64,000 nt of DNA. It comes from Vitrella brassicaformis CCMP3155. Its lineage: Eukaryota > Protista > Chromerida. The number at the start of each line of letters is the position of its first letter. The first letter of the stretch is position 1. The position numbers and the translations under genes were made by a program. Positions 1 to 11,894 of the stretch are shown here, piece by piece. Where the stretch lies: the NCBI GenBank assembly GCA_001179505.1, contig CDMY01000646.1:62001-126000 (forward strand), in the 5' to 3' direction. The notes beneath the pieces are model-generated. The model did not search any database. It was not told where the DNA came from and saw only the letters and a list, made by a program, of their open reading frames with translations.

Positions 1-425
1 CACACGCACACGCGGGGAAGAGAGAAGGCTCTTGACTGTCGACGTCTGTCTGCCTGTCTGTCTGTCTGTCCCGAAGAGCACTGACCGAGCCAGAGTGCCA
101 CACTTTCATAAGAAAACAAGTGCAAAGGATCCACAACCTGCCCATAGGGACTGACAAACCGCACGAGTCGGTTGGGCTCCAACCCATGCGGCCCGAACTT
201 CTCCCGTACGACGACCATCGTGTCCTCCACACTGGCCCGTAGTGGAAAGCGGCACACCTCTGCGTGGCCCTTGTAGTGCACAAGGACGTGGTCGCCCCCG
301 CGGTTGTTACACCTGGGAGATGGCTTCTTGGGATAAGCAGGCCCCTTCCACGCAGGGCAAGACGATGGGCAACCGGCGACGTCGAACACGTCACGCCATC
401 CCAGAATAGGAAGGGGCCTCCACAT
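1..425 (-). CDS. Hypothetical protein exon running off the window start (possible small beta-grasp/ubiquitin-like fold)
   Basis: Stop-free minus-strand frame from ATG at 425 to the window edge: MWRPLPILGWRDVFDV...DHVLVHYKGHAEVCRFPLRASVEDTMVVVREKFGPHGLEPNRLVRFVSPYGQVVDPLHLFSYESVALWL. It reads as protein-like but has no recognisable motif. Confidence 0.3.
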   Translation of the reverse strand, partial: MWRPLPILGWRDVFDVAGCPSSCPAWKGPAYPKKPSPRCNNRGGDHVLVHYKGHAEVCRFPLRASVEDTMVVVREKFGPHGLEPNRLVRFVSPYGQVVDPLHLFSYESVALWLGQCSSGQTDRQADRRRQSRAFSLPRVCV

Positions 426-1068
426 TGGCAGTTAACTCAGCTCTCCACAGTTGACAATCTTGTCCACGCTGACACTCGAAGGAATGAGCTTGGCAGAGGA
501 CCGGGACTCTAAGGAAGCGGCAGTAGGAGAGCAATGAATCAGTCGCTTGCCGAGAGATCTTGATCTTGGTCAGAAGAGCCTCTCCCATGGGTCGTGAGGC
601 CTCGTTGAGGAGAGATCTTGAGAATCACGACGCCGACAGACGCCGATCGGCATCTGCGCGCTTGGCTCGCAGTCGACAGGGCTGATTGTTGCTTTGGTGG
701 CTCAGAGGGCGCTCATTTTTCTACTTCCCCCTTCTGGCTTCTGTACACTTGCCATGGCTCTTGCTGGGCGACAGCGCCCGTTCTTGTGTATGTAGCCGGA
801 ATCGGTGTTTGTCAACGTTCTACAAGGCAGCCAGTGCTCTCTGTTGCCATCTGTTTGTCCGCCGGTGCCAGTGCAGGGCGGGGTAGACAGGCCGTGTGCA
901 TGCTTTGCATGTACATGCTGCTAGTTTAGTGCGTGAGACAACAGGATCCCTCCGGGGTTACAGACACGAGTCTCGTTAAACACACTAACCAACCAACCAG
1001 TGCAGAGAGAATACGACAAGCAGAGGCCGGCAGGTGGCTCACACACACGCTCTGAGGGAGAAAGATCC

Positions 1069-3125
1069 ATGGCAAGGATGGCGGATGTCGTGACGCCCAT
1101 CATGGGCAAGTCGTACAATGAGGACGGCAGCCACTGGCAGCAGGTGCCTGCCGACACACTCAGACAGACAGACAGACACGCTTGCCGGCATCCCTTGCTG
1201 CATTCACTCATTCACCTTGTGATTTGCTCTGTGCTGCAGGGTGCGGCGCGTCTGTGGCACTCAGTGGTGTCCGAGGGGCTCATCAAGACGCTCGTGGAAG
1301 AGCGGCAGAGAGGCAACAAAGGCCCCGTGTGGGCCCTCGACTGCGGGTAGGTTGGCACGCCACACCTGTGTCTTGACTTTCGTGTGTCGGCTCGATTGCT
1401 TGGACCGTGCAGGTGTGGTCACGGCAAGGCGTCCGACGGAATGATGGCGGCCGTCCTCAAGGCCATGCAAGAGCACCGAGATGAGATCGGCGGCAATCGG
1501 TGTCTGTGTGTCATCCACAACGACCTGCCATCCAACCACTGGGCAGAGCTCTTCAACACGGTCAATGCGCCGTCGGGCTACGCCGCTGAGGGGCCGCCGA
1601 GAGCCATGGCCTTTGCGTCCGGGAAGACAATGGTGAGGAACGGGGAGGGGAGGGCAACACGGGCGGCATTCATCGACTGTGTATGTGTGTTGTCTGCAGT
1701 ACGAGCGTCAGGCGCCCGACGAGAGTCTCCACTTGGTGGTCGCCATCAACTGCACACACTGGTACTAGTGTAGTGTGCATCTGAATGTGTGTGTGCGTGT
1801 CCATCCATCCATCCATCCATCTGTGTGTGTGTGTATGTGATGCACACACAGGATGGCTCACCAGCCGAGGCCCTTGTCTGATGGGCTGGTCTTCCAGTGC
1901 TCGACTGACACAGAGACCATACAAACATGGTTGCAGGTAGGTATGGCCCCCCCCCCCCCTTCCCCCCCCNNNNNNNNNNNNNNNNNNNNNNNNNNNNNNN
2001 NNNNNNNNNNNNNNNNNNNNNNNNNNNNNNNNNNNNNNNNNNNNNNNNNNNNNNNNNNNNNNNNNNNNNNNNNNNNNNNNNNNNNNNNNNNNNNNNNNNN
2101 NNNNNNNNNNNNNNNNNNNNNNNNNNNNNNNNNNNNNNNNNNNNNNNNNNNNNNNNNNNNNNNNNNNNNNNNNNNNNNNNNNNNNNNNNNNNNNNNNNNN
2201 NNNNNNNNNNNNNNNNNNNNNNNNNNNNNNNNNNNNNNNNNNNNNNNNNNNNNNNNNNNNNNNNNNNNNCCCCCCACACACAGTGTGCCTGTCCATTATT
2301 CTGGGGGCTCGGTGCACTGCAGGTCAAGCGGCTCGAGTGGGAGTCGTTTCTGCGCCACCGGAGTGCCGAGCTGGTCAAGGGCGGCCGCATCTTCGTGTCA
2401 TGGTACGAGTACGTGGGCAGGGAGGACGGCGGCTGGTTCAGGGCCATCGACAACGTCGTGAACGTCATGGCTGACGAGGGCTAGTAGACCCCCATATCAC
2501 ACACACGCACACAGTGAATGCTGTTGCTGTGTCAGGGTGTCTCGCGAGACGGCGAGCAAGGCGTCCCTGCCGTTTGTCTTCCTCCCTATGTCCAGTTTGC
2601 TGCAGCCGTGGGAGGGCGTCGACGACCGGCCCACGACGAGTGGCCCACTGCCCTCCCCCGCCCCACACACCGAGCTGCCGCTGCAGCTGGAGGCCATGTG
2701 GACGGGAGAGAACGAGATTTTCCTGCATGCCTACAACACGAGAGTGGCCTCCGGCCAATGCCACGAGGGTGAAGCCACCGAGATAGTATTCGACGAGGTG
2801 AGCAAACAAACACAACACTGACACACAGACCTGATGGATGACGTGTGTGTGTGTGTGTGTGCTTTTTGAATGTGTGCAGCTCGTGACGTCGGCCCGCGGC
2901 TGGACGGAGGGCATGGTCACCCCCTTCATGGCTGACGACTGCAAAACAGCAGCAGCGTCGGGCGGCCTCGAAGGTCACAATCCCGCTGATGCAGCTGATG
3001 GCGCCGTTGCGGCCAAGGTCAAGCAGTTCTACATGACACTGAGGAAGGAGTTTGTGCGTGTATTCGGCAACCGGCCGGACCCCCAGGGCATCAAGTGGCA
3101 TGTGTTCGTCATCAGGAAGGTCTGA
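1069..3125 (+). CDS. SABATH-family SAM-dependent carboxyl methyltransferase (Methyltransf_7-like), multi-exon
   Basis: Spliced exons give MARMADVVTPIMGKSYNEDG..., ALDCG|CGHGKAS (SAM motif DxGCxxG), HNDLPSNHWAELF (cf. NDLPxNDFNxLF), YERQAPDESLHLVVAINCTHW (cf. FYxRLFPxxSLH...HWLS) and WESFLRHRSAELVKGG (cf. FLxxRAxELxxGG). The junction at about 2480-2537 is ambiguous. An intron spans the first N-gap. Confidence 0.85.
1970..2269. other. Assembly gap (300 N)
   Basis: Run of 300 N flanked by poly-C. Confidence 1.
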
Positions 3126-3963
3126 CGGATGGATGGATGGGTGGATGCCAAGAAGGTCTACTACACACAGCCGTGTGTGCGTCACGGTGGATGGTGTGTG
3201 GGGCCCTGTAGAGAGGCCAACGGTTTTTTCAGCCTGTAGCCGCATTGGGCAGCCGCCTGCCCAATGGTTTTTTCGGCCAATGGTGATGGTGTGTGGTGCG
3301 CACCAAGGCTGCGTGGGCAGACAAGTCGTATAGCCGGGTGATGTGATGCGGTGGGTTCGTAGTGCGAGTGTGTGTGCATGGTGGGCGGCGCCGCTGGAAG
3401 ATACGCCAGGCCAGGCGGGCGCTGAGCATGGTGCTGGCATGTTTGTCGCGTGATTGAGGGAGGGTTGGTCGATTGACGCAATTCAGGAAATGAGAGACCG
3501 ACGGACTCTGCCTGTATTCCCCGGTGGGGGGGAGGGGAGTGTATGTGTGTGTGTGTGTCTGTGTGTGTTCACTTAGGTGAGTAGGTCCGTCGTTGCGAGA
3601 TAGATTCTGCTGCCTGCGTTTGGTCAGACCGGCACACATCAATAGCTCCATGCGACAATACACATGCGTTAGGCAGGGCAGACATACAGGCGTCTACCGA
3701 CCGACATGAATGCAAGGGTCGTTGAATGTCTCAGCGACGCACACACACCCACACACACACATTCATATCAAAGCACAAAACGCCACGCCCTACGCCACAC
3801 ACACACACATGCTCACCACCCAAGCCGCCCACCCAAGCCGCCCATCCATCCATCCAGCCATCCAGCCATCCGTCCGTCCGTCCGTCGAACATCCCTAATT
3901 TCTCTATCCGTCGGGGAGTCGGCCGTCATCCGTCAGCTCGACAGCTACACAGCGGGCAGCTGC

Positions 3964-6900
3964 CTACAGGGTGACGTCGGAGAGGCCGTCCTGCGCCCAC
4001 AAAGGCAGCCGGATGTGCACGTCACTGACGAAGGTGTAGGCCTTCTGGCCGCCCTCGGGGCTCATGTTCGCTGTGGTGGTTGTGTCGGAAGAGCCTTGGA
4101 AGCTGCTGGTGCTGCCGATGGTCGAGCTGATGGGGTTGCCCTCGATGATGGTGGTGCTCTTGCCTCGCGTCACAACCTGCACCCACACACACCCACACAC
4201 ACACAGACAGACAGACAGAGAGACACATGTGTGTATGTGTGTGGTGGGGTGGGATCCGTTGTGATGTGTTGTGTGGCGTTGTGTGTACCACGCTGCTGCC
4301 GGGTGTCTGCTGCTCCGCAGTCTGCCCGCGCTTCTTCAGCGACAGGCCTGCACACACGGTTGCAAGAACGAACACGTGCATCTCTCCTTCAATGGCCATA
4401 TATATTTGCTCACCGAGTACGCGCTTTCGGTGGTGCTGCGCCTCGCCGGCCGAAATGTCGATCTGAGACACCGTGATGGGCCTGCGCCACCCCACTGTGC
4501 CGCCAGTATTGCCGTCGTTGTTGCTATTATCGCTGTTGAAGGGGAACCACACCACGGGCGATTTGCTGGCCTTAATGGGGGGCCGGTAGCTATAGGGGCC
4601 CTCTGCACCGCCGTCTGTGTCTGTGTGGGAGGCGGTGAGGGTCAGCGGCTGCTTCATGCTTGACTCCTCGGGGTGTTCGGTGGCGCCAGTATTGCCCTTT
4701 TCGTTGCTGGCGTGATGATGGCTGGCGTAGCCATGGGTGTGCTGATTCTGGCGGCATGAGACGCAGCTCTCCTGCTCCTGGAGGCCGATCTGCTTGTTGA
4801 TGCGGTCGAAGACGGTGTAGAATTTGCAGAAGAGGGGCAGACCCATGATGTACACCTTACCTGTGCGCCACACACACACACAAACACACACACAGGGGGG
4901 AAGCGGGTGTTTTGTTGGTGTGTTGGTGCTCTCTCTGCCCGCCCACCGACCCATATTGGAACTGTCCATGTCGAGGGAGATGAAGGCCGGCACACACACG
5001 GTCGTCGACCGCCTGAGGACACACACATACACACATTCATCCATCCATCCATCCATAAGTGCCGAAAGCGATGTTTGGGCACTGCGCAGAGTCTGTGTGT
5101 CTCTCTCTCTGTGTGTGCGACTGACCGCTTAGCCTTTCTGGGAAAAAGGACCCCCATGAGGCCGTCAAACTCCTCTACCTCTGCCGGGAACCTTCCTGCA
5201 CACATATATACACACGCACAAGTGGATGGATGGATGGAGAAGAGCACCTGAGTTCCGGCCCACGTACCCATGTAATATTCTGGCCCCAGACAGATCTCCT
5301 TCCCGCCCAGCTTGGCACACAAATCGGGGTACTTGTCCAAGCTGTCACACCCCTGCACACACACACACACACACCCCTGTGAGTGTGTCTGTGTGGGTCA
5401 ATGGCCTCATGCACTGGCCTCGTCGATCCCGTCGCTGTTGGGCGCGTAGAGGGAGAGTTCCTTCAAGAGGTGGTTGACGGCCGATTCAGGCCCTGTCAGC
5501 AGCGATGTGCCCGTGTCGATCACAGCGCTACACACACACACACACACACGCGCACACACACAAGGGGGGGAAGGAGTGATGCTCGCGGGTCATTCTTGCA
5601 GGTCAGGTGTGTGATACCCGCAGTGGTTGCCGTTTGCGTCTTCCTGGTGGCAGGCTATGTCTGTCTTGGTGCCATTGGGGCTGCGCAGGAAGAGCCGGGT
5701 CATGCTCGTCGCCCAGTGCACCTTCCCCTCCACTGGCAGCCTGCACACACACACACACACACACACACGGGCAGATACAGGCACGTGTGTGTGGAACAGC
5801 ATTGGGGGGTGCGCTGACTGTTTAAACAGCTCGGGGCATTTCATATGGCTGTCGTCATTCCACGTCAGATACCCTGGAAACGAGATAAAGAGAGAGAAAG
5901 AGATCATCGAGCATAACATATGCGTGCACAGGTATACACACTGACCAGGCGGTGTTTCGACAGCGAGGGTTTCGGCGAGTCCGAGTGCGGGGCTGGGGGT
6001 CGGCACCGCCAACTCCCCCGCCATCACCACCGTCTTCTGCTTCACTGCCAGGGGTCTCGCGGCCGTCTGCAGAGACCTGTCTATGCAGAAACCCACTGTG
6101 TCCACCTGTCCACACACAAAAGTCCGTGTGCGTGTGGCAAAGGCACGGGTGCTGTTGCCGCACCCACCCCCATTTTGGACAGAATGTTGTCGCGGTCGGG
6201 TCGGCTCCAGGGCATGCCGGCGATGGCCGTGATGTTGGCCGCCTCCAAGGCGCCAACTGCACACACACGGGGTGGTGTTGTATGCGTGTGTGTGTGTGTG
6301 TGTGTGATGTGTCAGGACTTGTGTGGTCTTGTATCTGCCAGATGGGCATGTGGTGGTCCGTTTCCATCGGCTTGCACTTGGCCTGCCCCTGCCGAGCCAG
6401 CAGTGCCGACGAAGGGGGCGGACAGCTATCAGGCAGCACCACCTACTCACACAGACATACAAACACATGGACAGATAGATGTCCACAAACATGCGTGTGT
6501 GTGTCTGTTCAGGGCCCTCACTCACCCTATCGAACCCCTTGATGGCGTACATAGTCCCGCTGCCAAATTTGACGAGCGCTTCGCTCTGCGTGTCGCCGAC
6601 ATCACTGCAAACAGACACATCCATCCATCCATCCATCCATAAGGCGCCGGCGTACCACGGGCGGTAGGTTCGCGAGCAGCTCGAGTTGTACCGGCTCCCC
6701 GAGCAAGAAGTGCAGATCGTTGAACTGACCATCAGGTCAAAACTCCCCGTGTCAAACACGCAGTTGAGGGCCTGCGGGGGATCTCCCACCGCCAAAGACC
6801 CTACCATCACGGCATTCTCGATGTTTCTCAGCTGCTGCCGCACGGGCGAGAGGTGGCGATGCTCGTCCTTTCCGTCTTTTCCAGCCGCCTTGGGCTTGGC

Positions 6901-7077
6901 GGACATGACGGCCGGCGAGATGGCACCGTGGCCGACGGGATGTTCTACCAGCCGGGAGGCGTCGTTTTGAGGGAAGATGCATGAGGCCAGGACGGCGCAC
7001 AAGAGCGCTGCTGCTGCTGTTGCTGCCGGCCACATCCACATCACGCGATACGAGTGTATTGGCGAGAGATCTGGCAC
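3964..7077 (-). CDS. Secreted pepsin-family (A1) aspartic protease with a long C-terminal extension, multi-exon
   Basis: N-terminal hydrophobic signal (WPAATAAAALLCAVLASC). First catalytic motif VFDTGS (Asp codon 6751-6753), flap region FGSG, second motif AVIDTGTSLL (Asp 5515-5517), and IMGLPLFCKFYTVFDRINKQIGL. A further stretch of low-complexity residues follows, ending at the stop at 3964. Confidence 0.9.
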
Positions 7078-7204
7078 GCAGCCACCCGCAGCAAAGAAGT
7101 GATGAACGAGAACGTCAAAGGGGACCGTTGAATGGCTCCGCTGGCTTCGCGCTCAGAAAAACCGATGAAAGTTCGTAAATTCTTTGGAGAGGATGATGAG
7201 GTTT

Positions 7205-7650
7205 GTCAGTTGGTCTGCGTGCATTGACCCCAGTGACACAACATTATGTATGAACTGGATGGATGGTCAAGTCCTCTGCCTCTAACAACGGCAGCATGAG
7301 TGTTCGCAAAGGAACACGCAAATATAATATGTAGACAGCGGTGTGCACCGCCTCCCTCCCGCCCCACTGCCCGACACGCCCAACACAGAGGCGGGAAGGA
7401 ACGGACGGACGGACACCCAGACAGGCAGACAGACACACCCAAAACAGACCGACAGCCAGCCGGGCAGGTGGGCGGGCAAGGGAAGGCATAGCCCACCACG
7501 GTGATTGCTGACCTGTGTGGTGGTTGTGTTGATGAAAGCTGCTGTTTGAGCGTGAGCATCTCCCGCCTCAGCGGCGCCTCCGCCTCGCGCATCCGACGCA
7601 ATGCGCCGGCTCTCTCCTGATCTACACCAGCTGACCTGCACACACACACC
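7205..7650 (-). pseudogene. Orphan copy of exon modules shared with the 36.7-43 kb kinase-like cluster
   Basis: 7205-7380 aligns by eye with about 36721-36905 (gtcagttggtctgcg...caaatataa(t/a)atgtag(a/g)cagcg...ccgccccactg). 7505-7640 is nearly identical to about 42207-42342 (gctgacctgtgtggtggttgtgttgatgaaagctgc...gctgacctgcacac). Confidence 0.65.
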
Positions 7651-7994
7651 AGCCACATGTGTCTGTGTGGCCTTCTTTCCCTCTTCCCCCGCTGGGGGTG
7701 CCTGTAGATAAATGCGTCTTTTCTGGCTAAGTCCATAAACGGAGTAGGCAGTGCTGTGTGCGTTATGTTCTTTTGCGCTAGTTACTTAGTCAGTCAATCG
7801 TCTGTTCCTGTCTGCACTATCCCTGTCTGCATGTGAGAGCATGACAAATACAGTTCCATGAGGAAATGATGAACAGGCAGTGCTGTGCTGGACCAAATAG
7901 CAGCGAAAACTGTGAAGAAACACATGATACAAAGCCCCTAGCGTCGTCTTGCCAACCAGTCACTTTGGAAGACAAGAACATGGACACACACGGT

Positions 7995-8912
7995 TCACTC
8001 TTCCTCCTGGGTTGCCTGGTGTCGGGACTCAGACTGCCCCTCGCGGGCAGTGCCACTAACGCTATGCGGGTCCCTTGCTGGCTCCTTGTCCGCGTCGGGG
8101 GCCTGCTTGTCCGCGCTGGTGACTGACGACAACACACACACACACACACACGCACACACAGAGAGAAATAGAGAGAGAGTGTGTCCTGTCACATTCATTC
8201 CTTTCATCGACTGTCTCTCACGTCACGCGTCCCTTGCCGGATCCGTGTCCGCGTCGGTGGCCTGTGCCCTGCCATGACAGACGGCCACACACACAACCAG
8301 AGAGAGAGAGAGAGAGGCGTCACGTCTATGACTGCCCATTCAGCTTGCCATGTATAGCGTACCTCATTCGAGCGTCCTCAAGCAGTAGCACATGCTGCTG
8401 ACAACGATTGGTTGTCATCGGTCTTTCCCCTGCACACACACAAACACAAACATCTGTCCTAGCTTTTGTCTGTCTGCGTCTGCTCGAGTGTGTATCATTC
8501 ATTCATTCACGTGTCGGTCACGTACAGGTCGCCGAGGAGCGTGCTGTCATCGGCATCCTCATATCCGATGATTATCACGTCACGGGAAGCACCCCAGACC
8601 CGTGATGTGGAGGAAGTCCCTGAGATGACCAATGGTCTGGAACCGGTCAACCTCCACCGCACAAGTAACACCGATCTCGAGGGGGCCGGAACCGGCAGTA
8701 TCGTCGCTGAAACTGAAAAAGCGAGTGTCCTCCCTGCACCTCCGGGGGCGTGACATGATGCCTCCCATGTCCGGCGACCTTTTCTCCTTGCTTTTTTCAC
8801 ACGGGCAGATCCGCCTCGTACTGGGACTGCAGACACACATAAACAGGGCCTTGACCGGGAAGATCACGTGATCTCTGGACAGCGCGTGTGTTGCCTCACC
8901 TGCTGAATCATG
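7995..8912 (-). CDS. Small multi-exon hypothetical gene or pseudogene (possible degenerate ubiquitin-like segment)
   Basis: Putative exons include EVDRFQTIGHLRDFLHITGLGCFP / RDVIIIGYEDADDSTLLGDL (joined only by a frameshift near 8580), AQATDADTDPARD, and the last exon KQAPDADKEPARDPHS...QEEE*. Splice sites are plausible but not certain. Confidence 0.3.
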
Positions 8913-9119
8913 TTATTATTCTGGCAAGCAACGCGAGTTTTGAGCCAAGGGCCTCACATATGCAGCCATGGTTCACATAATGCGCAGCGGAGATCTGAAG
9001 CGGGATGTCCTCCAGTACAGAGTCCTCTGATCGCGAGCTGAGCTTGCGGCGCCCCCCCCTTCTCCCTCTCTCTCGTCCATCCCCTCTGATTCATATCTGT
9101 TGGCATTCAGTCAGGCACC

Positions 9120-11894
9120 ATGCAGGACTCGTCGACGACCAGCCTCCTCCACTCGGTGACCTTCTCATGCGACGACTACAAGCGGCTGCCGCCGTCCAAC
9201 CGAGAGTGCCTGCTCACGGACGCCAAGCGACTGGCGGGCAAATACGAGGAGCCTCAGGGCAAACCGAGCCTCGAGGAGCCTCGAGGACGTCCTCGAGGCG
9301 GTGCTCTTCACCAGAGATGAATTCTCGCAGCTGACGCCCATGGACAGGCAGGAACTACTCAGGAATGCACTCATACTCCACGAGAGAGGTCAGGGAGGGC
9401 GGGGAGTGTGGTCTGTGAGGGGCGTGGGGGGAGATGAGATGAGAAGAGGTGGTCTGTGGCCGTGCTGCGGTGCGTGTGGTGGGTTTGGTGCCCGGATGTG
9501 GCGCGGAACGAACGTCGGTACCTGTCTCGTGTTCGTGTGTGCGTTGCTGTGTGCAGGCCAGCGTCTGAAGAAAGAGGAGCTCCCATCGGAGAACAACAAC
9601 CACCCCGCCGAAGCTGTACGCGTACGCACACCTACACCGCACACCTGCACAGACGCACACATACAGACCAAGAGCGGTCAAGACGTGCCAGCGCCTCCAC
9701 CCCACAAGCGAGGTCCCCCTCCCAAGCGTATCGCTGACTTCCCGCCCGACGAACAAGGCAAACCGAAGCGGCACCGGATAGCTGTCAAGGACTTCTTGGA
9801 AGGAGATGCCGGCGCGCCAAGCAGCAACTCATCAGAGGCTGGTGCTGCTGATGACGAGCGTCAAGTGGTGCTCAACGACTGCTCGGTGGGCATCAGCTTT
9901 CCCGCCGACACGAATGACGTCAGCGAGCGTTTGGTTTGTCGGATTCTGCGGCGGAACATCACGGGGCGTGGCGTGTCGAGGCTCATCGACAAGGGGGCGG
10001 ATGCGGTGCTGAAGGTGGGACTCCCGGGCGTGAAGGTGCCAAGCAACCGCCCCTGGTGGGCCAAGAAGGTCAATCACGGGACATCTCCTGAGTTGCGTCT
10101 GCTTCAGTTGGCGATTGACGATCCCACAGGCAAGCCAACAAGGCAAGAACATCATGTGTGTCACTTTGCGATTGTGGTATCTTGATTGCCGTTGCCATCA
10201 GGCGGATGCCCTGGCCTCAAGGGACACATGAGCAGCACGAAGGAGGCTGCAGTCCAACTTGTTCTTCCCCTGTGGCCATCTCGCGAGCGACAGAGGGAGG
10301 TCCTCGAAGCGCTCATTGCGGGGGGAGCACCTATTGACAAGAAGTCGATCACAACTGCCTTCCAGAAGGCCAACCACACCGCTCTCGACACGTTTCTCAG
10401 CCACAGACACCTCGCTGACGACCAAGCGCTCTTCTTCATTGATGAAGACCACAGGCCTTGCCCGCCCAAGGACGTCTATGAGCAGTACTTCGACGCTCTT
10501 CTCCCGTGCATTCGCCGACTGCTCGAGCACGACAGCAGCCTGGCGACCGAGGAGTTGCATAACGAATATCTGCCCATTCACTCAGTGGCTAAGCATGCGT
10601 CTTTCACCAAGAACTTCACAAGTCAGCCGGCATTCTCAATCACACACACGCACTGACAGTGTGACTAAGTGTGTGTTTGACTTTTCAGTTGGTTTCTGTG
10701 AGCTGCTCTACGAGTTCGGCTCCCCACTCAACAGTAAAGAGGACAGCGACTACGACGGTTATGGAATGAGGCCGATCGACCAGGCAAAAGGCGCCGACGA
10801 GCCCTGGTTACTGGAGTTCTTGTGCAAGCGTCTGCCAGCTAGTGTGCTCGTGAGGAGAGGCCCTGAGCTGATGCGCTGTTTCAGTGGTGACGCTGAGTGT
10901 GCTCAACGGCATGCTCGTAAGGAAGCGACCCAGGCATTGGAGAAACGTTACAAGAGGAGGGCAGAGGCGGCCAAGGAGAAGATCCGACTGCTGTTGCGTG
11001 CCGGCGTGGCACTGCCTCTACCAGCTGCCCACATCGCTACCACCAGGAAAGGCGATCCAGCGCTCAAGGCAGCCAACCGTGAGCGCCAGGTGATCAAGCG
11101 TGAGTATGTGGGCGTCCTCAACCGTATCCGTCATGACGTCATGAACACCGTCAACGCTGCACTCAGGCCTCAACGTGACTTCGCCGCTCTGCTCACCCAT
11201 CTGCTGCCCCTCGCGCCTCACAATGACGGCCCCCCTGATGATCCCGTCCCCTCCATCCTCCATTTCGGCCCAGAAGAGGCAGCGGCGATCGCCTGGCACA
11301 TTGCGGCATTGTGCTTCGATATCGACACTGCTCACCAGACCGTCAGCGACATTCAGCTCCGCTCCCACAGCAGACTCGGCCATCGCATCCACACGGCAAT
11401 GGACCACTTCGTCGCCTCTGCTGTGTTTCACGCCAGCGGCAACACAGCGGTGGTCGGCGGGAGGCACGAGGAGGACGGCCAGGTGGTGCATGCCCCACCA
11501 CTGCAGTGCTTCGCAATACGGGGAGAGGAGGGTGGGCAGCCTCGTGTGTTGGGTCTACGGGAGGTGGTGCACAAGGCACGGCTTGACGAAGCGACGGAGC
11601 ACTGCCTGAGGGGTGTGGTCAAGGGCTTTCACGAGCACCTCGGCGATGCAGACTGTCACTTCGAGTGGGACGGGCTGGGCTTTGTCGACGATGCGGGGGA
11701 GTTCGTCTCGATGGCCGACTGCTTTGCCGTGCCTGAGATTGAAGGTGGGATCGAGGACGAGGGGGAGAGAGGATGATGAGGACGGAGGTGAGGATGAGGA
11801 TGAGGACGAGGACGAGGATGAGGATGACAATGAGGACGGCAATGGCGATGATGAGGTTGACGATGAAGATGGTGATGAGTCGATGTCTGATTGA
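9120..11894 (+). pseudogene. Member of a chromerid (Vitrella-type) expanded ankyrin-like protein family, carrying apparent frameshifts
   Basis: Segments LLQLAIDD...LPLWPSRERQREVLEALIAGGA, LPIHSVA, and the C-terminus LQCFAIRGEEGGQPRVLGLREVVHKARLDEATEHCLRGVVKGFHEHLGDADCHFEWDGLG, which I recall as typical of a large Vitrella family. Lesions: 10-bp tandem duplication at 9266-9285, TGA at 10183-10185 (removable by a GC-AG intron) and an apparent +1 shift near 11770 before a D/E tract. Confidence 0.65.

Noticed and set aside
1-900. Possible LTR retrotransposon or integrase fragment at the window start
   Set aside because: No RT, RNase H, integrase or gag motifs were found in any frame, and no terminal repeats.
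1670-2484. Long ORFs of 120-500 aa that span N runs (also at 15853-17346, 20516-21456, 32351-33214 and 54252-55195)
   Set aside because: They are artefacts of translating through gaps (poly-X), not real reading frames.
3706-6642. Many + strand ORFs rich in HTHT, CVCV, MDGWMDG or TDRQ
   Set aside because: These are translations of intronic microsatellites or antisense shadows of GC-rich exons of the protease gene. The same applies throughout the window.
10183-10185. In-frame TGA between two long same-frame ORFs, suggesting selenocysteine or readthrough
   Set aside because: An in-phase 72-nt GC-AG intron (10130-10201) removes it, and I see no SECIS evidence.
11773-11890. (GAGGAT)n tract as an independent gene or repeat element
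   Set aside because: It is better explained as the frameshifted acidic tail of the upstream ankyrin-like gene.
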